A stretch of DNA of 64,000 nucleotides from Selaginella moellendorffii (taxonomy: Eukaryota > Plantae > Lycopodiophyta). Below the pieces are notes generated by a model, which worked only from the letters and a program-made list of their open reading frames with translations, did no database searches and was not told the DNA's origin. This document shows positions 40,997 through 53,923 of the stretch, in pieces. Numbering within the stretch: the first letter of the stretch is position 1; every line of letters begins with the position of its first letter. Position numbers and translations under genes: made by a program. Location of the stretch: NCBI RefSeq assembly GCF_000143415.4, contig NW_003314264.1, forward strand, positions 724,774 through 788,773, given 5' to 3'.

Positions 40997-41603
40997 ACGA
41001 CAGCAAAGTCTAGAAGCTACTCAGTTTGAAATTTGTCAGAGGAATCATAAGATCTGGTTTGTCAGAGGATTTGATGTGACGTTCAAGCGTGTGTTATTTT
41101 TGAATTCTCGAACTCATTCCTAGGTCTATCATTTTTGTGCGCCGTGTTCTTGGTTCCGCTAAGCGCAGTGAGCGCTGCTTGTGTAAGCGGCGTTGTGAGC
41201 TGTGGTTTATGCATCTATGAGCGGTTGCGGCATTGCGAGCGCCATTGCGAGCGGCAGTTTATGCGAGTGGCAGTTTGTGCGAGCGGCACTACGAGCAGTT
41301 GCGGTGGTGCGAGCGGCGCTACGGTACCACTAATGGTATGAGGGCTCATGCCATCTTGGGGCTTGCAAGTTCATCACTAGCATATTGCCAATAGTTTCTT
41401 TACTTGCCTATAGCTGTGTGTTTATCAAGATGGCATGAGGCCTCATGCCAATTTTGTGAATGCGAAATTTCACGTGGGTGTCAATAGCATATTTGAATAA
41501 TGGCATATGGCCTCATGCTATTGAGGTTGTTTGGTATGTTATGATTTAGGCCATTCTCCAATCATTTTTTGTATGGTCTTAACTTCTTTTCTGCACTTTC
41601 AGA

Positions 41604-44429
41604 ATGGCCTCCGCAAGTGCGACGCATGTTCCCTCCGTGGATCTTAAGAACCGTGCTACATGGATTCAGGCAAAGGTGTTTCTAAACAACCCCGAGGGGG
41701 AGGTGGTAGCTGAGGGCTTAGCCACAGTTGTCGATCCAAGAGATGCGGTTGCTAATCAAGAATTGGGCTACGATGATATTGGAGTTGCGATTTTAGAGGT
41801 TGTTGACACAGAAGAAAACAGTCTGACTATTAGAAGCATTGTGCGGTGGAAATTGAGGCACTTAGTGTTTGAGAATGTGAAGGATTCACACTCAAACACC
41901 ACTACAACTGATGACAGAACATCTCTTCATGGGAAAAGAAAGTACACCTTCCTAAAGCGCAGCCAAAGGGATCTGAGCAACAAACCGAAAAGGCAGAAAA
42001 TGGCGATGGAGGTTCGAATTGTCTCGACAGTTGCTTGTTGCAAGAGGAGGTGCTGTCAACATGCTGATTGGGATGCTATTGAAGAGGAGAGAGCAAGATA
42101 CAAGACATTGTCCTAGAAGGCAACTCGCAATTTTGTGTATGAGGCATTACGGTCATCTGTTGATGCTTCAGAACATCAGGTGGGGGGGATGGTCTTCCAG
42201 AGGGGTTTGGTCTACATGAAGGCATGGAGAATCATTTATGGAGTCCCTCAAACCACATTCTACAGAATCAAAACTAAGTTCGAGGAACAAAGGGTTCAAC
42301 AGGCAGTCCATGGGAACAACGGTACTCACAAAACCAGGGGTCATGTTGTATATGGAGAGGCAATCTTCAAGAGGTTTGTCGAGACATGTAGCGAGCAGCA
42401 ACCACATAAAACCCGCCTCTTGGAAGATGGAACTCGAGACACCCAACAAGTTCTCCCTTCCATGTATACCAAGGGGGCCATATTGGAAGATGTGAATCGG
42501 GAACTCCAGAGTAATGGCTACAAGAAGCTGAGCCAATCTAGATTTAGTAGATTGTGGAGCAACAGGTTCAGGGATGTGAGTATAGGAAAGTACTCCAGCT
42601 TTTCAAAGTGTGACGAGTGCATTGCTATCAAAATGGCTTTGTCGAAGAATTCTTGCATCGCTCAAGAGTGAGAGACGTTGGTTAGAAGGCGGCTCGACCA
42701 CAACATCGAGCAGAGAAGCTGCAGGACTGCATATTATCATAACAAGATTCTCTCCATGGAGAGACCTGACTCTTACCTCTGCATCATCCACGACAAAATG
42801 GACCAGAAAAAGACGTGCTTACCTCGACTCAATCCTGCCCCCAAGGCAATCTCTTCATCCATGCAGCTGCCTATGTCTCTGTTTGGCATAATCGCTCATG
42901 GGCATGGTGCCCAGAACTATGGGAACTTCTTTGTACCTCTATGGGGTGGCGGGGGTGCAAACATGATGATTGCGTCCCTAGCAAAACACTTAAGGTCTCT
43001 GCAAAGTGCGCAGACTGAGCTGAATGGCCAACCCTTGCATAAGGCCCTTGTCAATCGAACCCCATACAGGGTTCAGCTGGAGGAGGAGGAAAGGCTTGCA
43101 GTATTGCATGGGGCCCCATGCCATCCCAGTGAATATGTTGGCCGTCAGATTGTAGAGTTATTAGGTGAGGCCTCATGCCATTCCGACGAGGCTGGTCACC
43201 CGGTGAATGCACAGCCTCATCCAAACAAAGCAGAATCTCAAGGAAGTTCTTGCGGCCGATGTGGCCTTCCACCCCATCTTCTGCTCCAAACAGACAATGC
43301 TGGCAGTGAGAACAAAAACATGTACGTCTTCGCGTACTTGGCGATGCTTGTTGCCAAAGGCATATTTGAAACGGTTACACTTGGCTTTCTCATGGTTGGG
43401 CACACTCATGAAGACGTCGATGCCATGTTCAGTCACCTGGCAGAGTCCCTCCGGCGATCCAATGTCCTCACCCTCCTACAACTCTACGATGAATTCCAAA
43501 ATTGCATCAAAGGCACTGTTGAAGCTGCACTTGTGACAGAGGTTCCAGACTTTAAGGGGTTTGTAAGAGGCTACATTAGAAACGGATTTGAAACGCTGTT
43601 TGGCCACTCCAAGCCTCTTCAGTTTCATTTCAGCATGCGTGACGATGCCCCAATGATGAGGTACAAGATGAGAGAATGGGACACAGTGTGGCTGCCAGTG
43701 GACGGCATTGAACTCTTCAAGAGAGATCCCATAACTGGGGAACCTATGATTCCTTAGGGTTCCCCACGGCCGATGCACCCGGATGGACTCAAAGACCAGG
43801 AAAGTATAGTGGCCGGGATTAGACAGCATATTGCCTTCTGGAAGAGGGGGTTGGTGTTTGGTGGAGAATCCTATTTTCAGAGGTGCAAGCCTTTGCTCGA
43901 ATACTGGGAGAAGATTATATCTGCTATCCAAAATGGGCCGGTTGTATATGAAGAATTGGAAGAGTCCTTTTGGCCAGAACCCAGAGCACCAGATAGTAGC
44001 AGAACAATGTCCTCTGGAAATGCAGTGACAAATAACGATGTTGAGGATTACTATTGTGGGCCGAGGAACAAGAAGCTGGATTCAGCATTCAATCCAGTAC
44101 AGGTTTGCAAAGGAATGGTCGTGCTTGTCAGACCCAGTAATAAAAAACAAATGATATAGGTGGGGCGCTGCATCACTGATGCAGAGGAGGACGCGGAAAC
44201 TAACTCCTTCAATGTAACTGTGGAGTGGTTCAAGCCAAGTTCCGGATATATGAAGGATTGCCTAGAAAAGAGATGGGTGCTGAATCCAAGGGATCCCAAT
44301 ATGAGCATATCGGTGGATAATGTTGTGCATGGTTGGATGTGGAAGCAGAGTGCCACCATCACCTTGCCAGACCATGCAAGAGATGCAGCAAGAGCATTCA
44401 TAACCCGGGTTCAAGGTGAGATTCATTAA
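41604..44429 (+). pseudogene. Sola-like transposase, copy 2 (in-frame stops at about 42114, 42669, 43755 and 44157)
   Basis: Same catalytic motifs as copy 1. The stops correspond to TGG, CGA or CAG codons in copy 1. Confidence 0.87.
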
Positions 44430-46060
44430 TATTCCTTTACTAAGTTTCTAATGTATTTTATTTCAAGGTGAACAATCCGAATCTGAATCAGAGGAGGCGT
44501 GATGGCATGTGGCCTTACGCCATTCCTAGGTGAGATGATACAAATAACAAGTATAAATTCTTAGTTGTTCTAGCAAATCTTACTTAAAGTTCAAGGTGAA
44601 CAAGCCAAATATGAATTCATCGGATTGTTATAACAAATTGCGAGGTGATGGCATGAGGCAATACGCCATTTGAGAGTGGTAGCCATTCCTATATGAGGTG
44701 AGTGAAATATTTATTAGAAATACCTCATTCAATTGTGCACTTCTAAGTCTTGGTCCACTCAGTACTGTTTGCATGTTTCTATTTTAATTCTTTCTCTAAA
44801 ATGTTATTTAGCATGTGGCTTCATGCCATTGCTCTCCACAATCATGCATTGAATTTTTCTATCCTTGCATAATACTTCTCCATATATATAGCATGTGCGC
44901 ACATGTGATATGGTTCATTAGGCCTGATATAGTGTGTGAGGTAAAACAAAGATGATGTGACATATGCATTTACCAATCACACGTGCATAAATCTAATAAT
45001 ATGGCGTGTGGCCCATATTAATGGCACATAAACCCATATTGTGGGCTTACGTGCTTTATGTACCATCATTCCCTTGCAGCGTGTGTGTTGGTTTCCTTTT
45101 ATAACACAACGAACTCCATATTTTAGGGTGAAGAGCGTTCTCATGGCAAGCACAAAATCTGTAAGTGAGGCAGAAAAGGAGATGGAGAAGGAGATAGGTG
45201 AAGATGTAGAATATATAAGTCTTCCAAACTCCCCGTACTATACTCCAGGTGATCATTTTTCTGAACAAACGGCAACATTAACAACTATCGAGAACGCCCT
45301 AGTAACGTCAAAGACAACAATCCAAAGCAAAACAACTGACCCGGAGAAGGATGATAGTACCGCTGAGAGTACCAAAAAGGAGGTGTCCACTAGCGCTTAG
45401 GCTTATAATGGCGTGTGCCCTCATGCCATTTACTTGATCACCAAATACCTTTTTCCCTTTGCACTAGTATATCTTAATACCGGTCTGAGAAATAGAATGG
45501 CATGTGCCCTCAGGCCTTTTACTAAATCACCTTTGAAATAAATGCAAGCCTCTATGTCGTAAAAAAAAGGTACTAGAGAAATTCCTTAATAACATGAATG
45601 TTATTTAGTTTCATGAAAATACACTAAGGGTCAAATGAGTTAAATGACTTCTCCAGACTAGCAATGCCTCTTGCTACACCTTCACAATTAGATTCGTTAG
45701 AAAAAGATAACATTGAATAATATCTAAATGTTCTCACCATTAAGTTATATGTCTGGCTAATAGGAATGACGTTCATCTTGGAAAGCTCACCACACGCTCA
45801 ATGAACAAATAGTGTGTGTGCGCATGCCATCGCTCTTCTTTAGCTTCAGATTCGGCTTGTTCACCTTGACAATGAGATTTATTATACAACCAAATGGACT
45901 CAGTCTGGACACAAAGTCACCGTGCTAGTCACCATGCCCTAGATATGTCTAGCCCCTGGACAAAAAACATATAATTTCACGTCATTTTTAAATACTTGAA
46001 AATTTGTACCTAGTCCCATTTTACTGAATAAATCCCACTTTAACGAAATAGAGCTTGGAA

Positions 46061-47716
46061 CGCTTTTGTAACTGGAAGGACACATCAGGACGTCCTTCGG
46101 ACTTCAACATGATACGACTTTGTCCAACACCAAAAATCCCTTTTATATATTTGTTGAAAAAGTCCATGCCAAACACCATCTGAAAATCTACTATCTTCAA
46201 CACTACCAAGTCCACTCTTTCTTTCCACTTGGATATTTTTATTGGAACATCACTCACAAATTTTCTGGCTACTTGCCCACCTTCTGCAAACCGGAAGTGC
46301 ATAGGTGACATTTGCTCAGTATTCAATCCTAACAACTTAACTAAGTCTTCGGATACCATGCTGTGCGTAGCTCCCATGTCAACCATCACTCAGATTTGGT
46401 GTCTGCGGACAAAGCCTACCAGATACATCAACGGATCAGTGTTTGCATTGACTGTGAGAAAAGCTTGAGGAAAGCAACGAAAGTAACTCACCTCCTCTTC
46501 CTCATAGTCTGCATTGACCAACTCGTTAACCCCTTCAGCTTCGCCACCACCGTCTTCCCTCATGACATTAACCCGAGACATTGTCTTATGCTTGTTGGGA
46601 CATTCTGAGGACCTATGTCCTAACTCTCCACAATGGAAGTAATGACCCACACTACCTATTCTGCTAGGGGCAGGTTTCCCAGGTTGCTACTGCTTGTACC
46701 CACCAAGAGGAGGAACAAAGGTCCTAGGACCAGAAGAAGATGCTGATGATCTCCAACCACCACCACCTTTGTTAACCGTTTCTTGTGAGCCTCTAGGGTG
46801 GAACCTGCCTTCCACCCTCTGTTTCCGATCACCTTGTTTATTCCCAGAATTCCTATTCTTATCCGAGTTACCAGCATATGGTTGCTGATATTGTTCCATA
46901 AGCGAGTGACTAAAGGCAACTTGCTGCACTACCTCCTTACACTCCAGGTACGCCTTCGACTTAAACTTCAAAATCTCATTGCGAGAAAGTGAACTTAAGC
47001 CCTCCAGAAAATAACTTCGTGCATCTTCATCACTCATATTTGCAATCATAATGCACTTCTAAGCAAACACTTTAATGTAATGCATGAGATCCCCTCGTTG
47101 CTTTAACCGCCACAGCTCTGTGAGAAGTCTCAGACCAAGATCATCCAGCAAGTATTCCTTACGGATGCGAGACCGCATCTTGGTCCAACTTCTAATCTGC
47201 CCTTTTTTAGCACACACCTAGCGCCACCAAGTTTTGGCATGATTGGTGAGAAAGGATTGCGTGCACGCAACTTTCATACGATCATCTACATCTGCCGCTA
47301 TGAAATAATTTTCCATATTGTAGACCCAGTCCTCCAAAACCTTATAGTCCCGCATGCCTCTGAAATTGGGTGGTTTCAGGGGCTTGAATTTTGAAACTCG
47401 TGCAACCATGGGCAGCTGTAGAACTTCATCGTCCTCAAAACTTGAAGAGAAGTCCAGTTGCTTAGGCTTAGCTAATTTAGTTGCCTCATCTTCTTTCTTC
47501 CTCTTCTTATTCTCTTTCTTCAATTTGCGAATCTCCCTTCGCAAATTCTTGATCTTGACTTCCTGAGCCGTACGCTACAACGCTGCAGCATCTGGCTCTT
47601 CCTCTTCTAACTCAACCTCAGCCTCTCTTCCGCAGCATCTCTAGCAGGAGTTTTCTCCTCTCGATTCGCCCGTCTAGAGGTTTCAACATCATCAGCATGG
47701 TTCCTTTTCACCATCT
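46061..47716 (-). pseudogene. Gypsy gag (with degenerate Zn knuckle) and aspartic protease
   Basis: PPNFRGMRD...LEDWVYNMENYF...AKTWWR; FHCGELGHRSSECP; MVDMGATHS; MVFGMDFF. Confidence 0.9.
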
Positions 47717-50700
47717 TGCTAGCTGCATGCATGTCTCTATCAATAACTAAACATGCTTACAACGTTCTTACCGAATGGTGCAATCCAACTAATCCTACAC
47801 AGGTTGCTTTGGATCTACTAAAAAAGTCTCTGCATATGCAACTTGAGTCAGAAAATCCGACAAAAGTTGGATAGGAATCACTAAGACAATTCCTCTGATA
47901 CCAAATGTAGCACACTTGAATTTGGAGCCAAACTCCAAGCCCGTTGTGCTATGAATGAGGGTCGGGTATAATCCCACAAGCACCAGCTCCCCGTATCCAG
48001 CACCTGCACACAAAATAGTGTCAGACAGAGTCTGGAACAATTTTGGCATACCAGTGGCCTAACGCAAGGAGGAGGGTACCCCACCGACTAGAGCAGCATG
48101 GAGTTTGGGCTTAGACCCAAGCTGGACGCAGAACAAGGAGCAGCACAACCCAGCAGAAGCCAAACTAATGTCTTAGGTGGTCAGACATGCATTCCAACCA
48201 CTATCCCTACTATATATTTGGAACCCTCCACAGCTCCCCCCCCCCCCTCCCCCCCCTCAGGAACACACACTTTCAGCTTTCACCCCAATCCCTTAGTACC
48301 AGGAGTTAGTCTCTGGGACAAGCTCAAAACTTACTAAATATGGAATGGCGTTAGATTGCGCATTTAGACACGGGATGAACACCATTGTGTTCGGGCTAAT
48401 CTCTACATTCCGTAGATATGCCAAATGCGCTAATCTAGACACTTTCCATAAATAGCATTTGGGATCGAAATAAGATCAACAAAAAAGGCGTGATAGCGAG
48501 GGTGTTTGGCAGACATGGTAAACTATCATCCAGCGATATTAAGGGACTAGTCTCAATACATAAGGGTTCTTGTCACTAGCAAGTGCAACACAAAACAAGA
48601 CGGAAACTCCTTACTGGGCTAAGTATGCTTAGCTAATAGCACGTAGGAATTCTGTCCTTATGCTTGTCCGGTCTAAGTACACTCAAAATGCTCAGTTGAC
48701 TCCACTAGCACAAGAGGGGCTACTAAAGGGTTCCAACTGTACCAACCTCCTGGCGTCATGGTAGTAAGGAAAGAGTGTTCGTAAGGATTGGCCGATAAGT
48801 ATCTTTCAATACCCGAAGTTACATTCGCGACAGTTCCATGGCAAAGATTTTGCTTTGCCAAGTCTAAAGGGTGTTCATACTTAATAAGTCTCTTTAGCAT
48901 TTTCTATTATGGGTTTTATTACGGCTCAACTTAATGACCCACCTATAAATCCCTTTCTTATACTCGCAATAACACTGCATTGTTGCAGTTCTTTCCCACT
49001 TGGTACTTTGATAAAGCCACACTATTACTAATAGCTCAAGTCAACACTTTGAACTAAGAATTTTATTCTTTAACTTCATAAAGACCTTGTCCTTGTTTTA
49101 GCCATAAGATCACTTAGTGATCTAACTTTGGCACTTTAACAGGTTTGCAAATAAATACTAAATCTTCCAGACATTTAACTTATTGACCATGACCTCGGGG
49201 GCATCCCCCACATTTGGTGGTGCACCCAAGCTAGCCCTTCCAACCAAGGACCCATAGCAACTAAAACTAAGTGTCCCCATCTCATTCACCATGACCTTGG
49301 TGTAGGGGGTTCCAAAAGTATAGTAGGAAGAGTGTAGGGGTTGGATCCCAATGGAGCCAGTTTGGCCAAAAAAGGCTAGTTTGGCCCAAGAAGGCTATGC
49401 CTAGGTGCTAGGCAATGAGATAACCACTGGGAAGTCCAAAGCTAGAGTGAATATGAACTAACAAGTGGGATAGTTTAGTGAAGTGTTTAAAAGCTAACTC
49501 TAATTCCCTCGAGAGATTGAATGGTCGATGCTTCCAGTCCAAGTGTGGGTGGCACTACCTACTTGGATATCTGGTGTGGCTTAACGAAATCTTGCTCTAA
49601 GCCCATGGCTAGAGCACCCAAAGGCGAAAGGCGAGGAGAGTACCCATGAGGCTCACATAGGGCCACGATGTTCCAAAATGTTATCCCAAAGTCCCGGATG
49701 GTGAAAAGGAAGAGGAGTAGTTATTGGTGTAGTGACCAAGGATGCAGTCACATAACAAGGAAATCCTAGAGAACAAAGGGACTTAGTGGTCAAGCCTGTG
49801 AGTCTTGATCTAGTGGCAGTGTTAGCTAATACGGCCATAGACAGAAAGGGACTTGGTAGGGACTGGAAAAGAGATATTAGGGAAGGCTATTCCCCATGTC
49901 TGCAGACATCCTAAAGATACCAAGGAGTGGATCTAGTATGGTCATTCATGGATGGATGGCCTAGTCTTTGAGAGACGGGACTATGATGTAGGTGGTGTTG
50001 GACCACCAGTGTGATCAAGGTGAATGGGCATGGCCTTAGCGTAACGGGTTGATATGTTGGTGGTACCTTAAGTGCCAGTCATGGGATCGGGCACGTGGAG
50101 CACTTAGACTAAGTGCAAAGGTTGTGTGGCATGGATGCTATTCTCGGGGTTAGCAAGCCCTAAGTCCTGAATTGGACTTATAGATGTAAATGAAACTCCT
50201 TTAAGTGGTTGGAGATATGGTTAAGTGGCTAAAGTAGAATGGAAAAATTAGTTGTTTACATAGACTCCATCTCGAATTCCATTTTAGGTCCATTTTGGAC
50301 TCTATCTTAAACTTCTTCTTGGACTCTATCTTGGGTCCCTCTTGTGTCCCTTTTTTAGAGATTCATTTATTGTTTGCTTCGTGCTTATTCTTCGAACACT
50401 CCGTTGGGAGTTCCACTTCTGCTCTTGACTTTTCGAATTGGAGATTTTAGTCCAAATGTGTTACACTCATTTGGCTCCTACTTCAACCACTACATAGCAC
50501 CCTTTTAGCTCCTTTTTGGGGCCTAGGGATTTTATGTCTCACAAAGGGGTGTATTTTTATTCATGGGCCCTTTTCTTTTATATTTGAACCTTTATGGATC
50601 ATCTTTTAAATCATTCTCTTTTATTGTTTACATCTCACGTAATTGACCAAAAGTACACTTAATCTCATTATTATATAGTTTATTTTCTTGCAATTTTTAA

Positions 50701-51069
50701 AACACTAACTCGAAGTGTTTCAAATGATCCTCTAACTTTTCACTAAAGACTAGAATGTTATTGATATACAAAACAACAACAAATGTGTCTAAATAATTTT
50801 TAAATATTCTATAGCATCTTCAACAGGAGATTCCTCCCCTTGATTTGCTTGGCTTTTCAATGACTTTTTATAATCATATTAATTTAGTCATGTTAAGTAT
50901 GCTTAACTAATAGTATTTTAGAATTCTGTCCTTATACTCTTATGGTTAAATATATATGTGATTAGTTCCTCAACTAACTTAGGCAGAGATTAATAAAAGG
51001 GACTAGTAATACTGACCTCTTGTCATCATAATAGTGTAAGAAACTAAAGATAACAATTTGATAAATGAT

Positions 51070-51215
51070 TCAATGGGTAAAGGGAAAAAATTTATAAATA
51101 AGAGTGCACTTTTTTTTCCAATCAGTTCAAGATTTTAAGTAGGGTTAAGCATACTTGGGTTTTGAGCTGGAGTTACTAGGTTGGATGACTTCTAGAAGTC
51201 CAAAATTAAGAACTA
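51070..51215 (+). repeat. Decayed Cassandra-type LTR, opposite orientation
   Basis: GGGTTAAGCATACTTGGGTTTTGAG...TACTAGGTTGGATGACTTCTAGAAGTCC is a 5S-like core. Confidence 0.65.
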
Positions 51216-53149
51216 TATATATAATATCTTTTTAATTTATTTTTATTTTAAACTTAAACTCCTATAAGATTAGAAACCAGCAAGTCACTTTCTCTATCCT
51301 ATATAGCTTTAAAATATTTGTAAACAAGGCCATTTTAAGCATATGATATGAGAAAAAAAAACCTAAGAATATAGGAATCTTTATGCTTTATTTCATCAAA
51401 TATAAAACATGCCTCTTGCCTATACAGCTACTTAAGCAAAAAGAATCTGCATTGCTCTCATCTAAAAGATTCTTCTAAATTAGTTAAAAATGACAAATGA
51501 TTTACATAAAATCATCAATTGCTTATGAAAGTCTTCCTCTCTTTTGCAAATCTAAAATTCAAAGAGCATTTACATCCTTGTTCCCCCAATTTCTAATCCT
51601 TGTTTATATAACCAGTTGATATATATTTTTATTATCAACAATAACACTAGATGCTTGCTTGGTTTCCTGCCACAAAAGAAAACTAAAACTGAAAAACAAA
51701 CTTTAATATAAAAAAAACTTTTTCTTTCCTTCCAATTGATCTCCTTGAGATTAGTATATAATAATTATTGTGCTAATTGCCTTCTTTGAAAGAAAAGAAA
51801 AAGAAATTAAATCCATCTCCTATAAAAGAAAAAATGGCATACTTCATCCTGTGTTTAGGGCTCCATTCCTCCTTGGTACTTCCAATAAGAATCTCTATAA
51901 AAATAGTACCCGAATCTCTACCCAATAGTAGTTTGATTTACAAATGGACTGAACCCTAGAAAACCTAAATTAATTTCTTCTCAGAAATATTTGAAGTTTC
52001 TAAATCTTTTTTATCAGGAAAGATTAAGCAAAATTTTCAGATTAACCAAATGTTCTTCTCAGGTAGTATAAAACAAATATTTCCTATTGGAAGACATTTT
52101 TTCTGCCATGAGATTTTTGCTGTTGGGAGGCTGTTATGAGATTTACCCATTGGCAAAATGTGTACCTATCAGTGTATTTATATGATGCAATCAGGAAATC
52201 ACTATAAGGAGTAATATTTCTTCGTCTCTTCTCATTTTTCTGCTTTGTTCTTTACTTTTCTACTTTCTACTCAATAGTGCAAGAGATGGCAAGCAATAAT
52301 CTAAGGAATGCATCAATAGTGGAGGATAATCTCGTCACAGAATTGAGGACACCCACATTGATGGCATGGAAGAGCAAGAAGTGCAAGAATGACAAGGCCA
52401 CAAGTATCACTTGCAAGGGGAATGAGTTGATAATCAAAATATCAACTCATAATAGTGTTATTTTTGCAAGTTACTAGTGTTTGCAAGAGGAATCAGTCGA
52501 TAATCAAAATATCAGCTCATAATAGTGTTATGTTTGCAGTTACTAGTCATTTAAGCATCATCCATTCTCTAGCGCCAAATTTTCCAAATGTTGCTTACTT
52601 GCATAGTGTGTTAGTGCATGGTGCTTTAGCAATGCAATATAGGAGTCCTACTAGCCTTATTTTTTGCAACAACTGCTTGCGCCTTCTCTCTATAATAGCC
52701 AGTGGTGGGATTTAACTAGGTACATTGTTTTTCGGATGCTTGGTGACATTTTTTTTCCTAATTTGGCCAAGCAATCTTTTGTCCATGCATAATTCCAAAA
52801 GCAACTCATTCTCTCTGTGATCACCAATGCATCAGCCCATGTTCATGTAAGTAAGCTATAAAGTTCTTACTTCTTCTAATTTGCAGCTAGAACTGACTTT
52901 TTCATCTTCTTCAATGTTAGGGCTCTAGAAAGACTTTTTGAAGAATGAGAGGATTTATAAATCCTAGATGACAAAAGACCATTGAACACAACTAACAATC
53001 AACGAACTCAAACTGTGGTGCCTGCAAAACAATCGGGTAGTTTGTGTATTTAAAGTCGATCTCTTTCCCCTCACATTCGGATCTATACTGAAAAAGGCCG
53101 TGCTCAATCATAGAGTCAACTGTGTCCTGGAAATTCTCTAGTGTCTACT

Positions 53150-53790
53150 TTTCGTCAGCATCCCGAGCGAAAGATCGAATTGAGTGTGCTAATGGCACGG
53201 ACGCTTGCTTCTTTTTTCCAGCTTCCTGCACTCCATTTACACTAGCCTGCTTCACTCATTGGCACAAATCCTGCAGCAACGAAGCCCTGCCGCTTGACTA
53301 GTCAAACATCGCATCCCACAAAGCTTCCACCCTAGCATTCCTCTCGGATACAAAAGCCAACGCCTCATCCTTGGGATATTTCTTACGCGCCGGCAGGTGA
53401 ATCCACCGCAAGCTGACGAGAGCAGCACAACATTCGCCTTGCACTCATCCTTGGAGATATTGACCAGCTTCTTCATCAGCTTGTCAACCTCACTAAGCTC
53501 CCAGTATGATCAAGAACGTTGGCCTCGTCAATGAAGACGGTTGGAAAAACACCTATGTAGCCATTCAGAGAAGTTCATAGGTGTTTGCAATGATTACCCA
53601 ACTTCTATCGTTCCACCGTAGAATGATAAGTCAGTCCCGTCGATCCCGTCCAAATAATAGACATACTCGCTGCAAGGCGCCTTCTCCAGATCGGCATCCA
53701 CTTGGGTTATCGAGAGTCTTGCCAACTCATGAACCACGGCCGACTTTCCCGAGTCTTTTGACCGACGGTGACCAGCTGAGGGTCGCCCAG
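53150..53790 (-). pseudogene. P-loop ATPase pseudogene fragment
   Basis: Frameshifted Walker A-like LVTVG/KDSGKS at about 53745-53775. After a putative short intron, Walker B-like TVFIDEAN at about 53520-53545, then ISKDECKANVVLLSS. Confidence 0.5.
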
Positions 53791-53923
53791 CTAACTCAAT
53801 TGGAAACATTACTAAACCCATGTGATACAGATAATTATCAATTAACTTCCAACAAAGGTTTTAAAGATAACATTTTCAGCAATGTAATTCACACAGGTAA
53901 GGAAGGTCCCTCCAACTTTCAAT

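Larger units (their letters stand above)
35213..46056 (+). mobile_element. Large TIR DNA transposon, copy 2 (inverted relative to copy 1), inserted between Gypsy protease and RT
   Basis: Same 24-bp TIRs (35213-35236, 46033-46056); TSD GGAA (35209-35212, 46057-46060). Confidence 0.95.
29998..48832 (-). mobile_element. Full-length Ty3/Gypsy chromovirus-type retrotransposon (LTRs 47906-48832 and 29998-31535)
   Basis: TG...CA LTRs, TSD GTTCC (29993-29997, 48833-48837), PBS-Met at about 47893-47905, PPT at about 31536-31548. Confidence 0.95.
28144..50543 (-). mobile_element. Decayed LTR element of the solo-LTR family (left LTR 28144-29206; right LTR rearranged, 49301-50543), hosting the complete Gypsy element
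   Basis: TGTAAG start and CTCACA ends homologous to 14343-16118. PPT-like GGGTGGTGGAGT (minus) at about 29207. Flanks AAAGG and AAGGG split one Cassandra LTR. Confidence 0.7.

Noticed and set aside
52277-52715. Short ORFs with a direct repeat of about 60 bp
   Set aside because: No recognisable domain or convincing gene structure.
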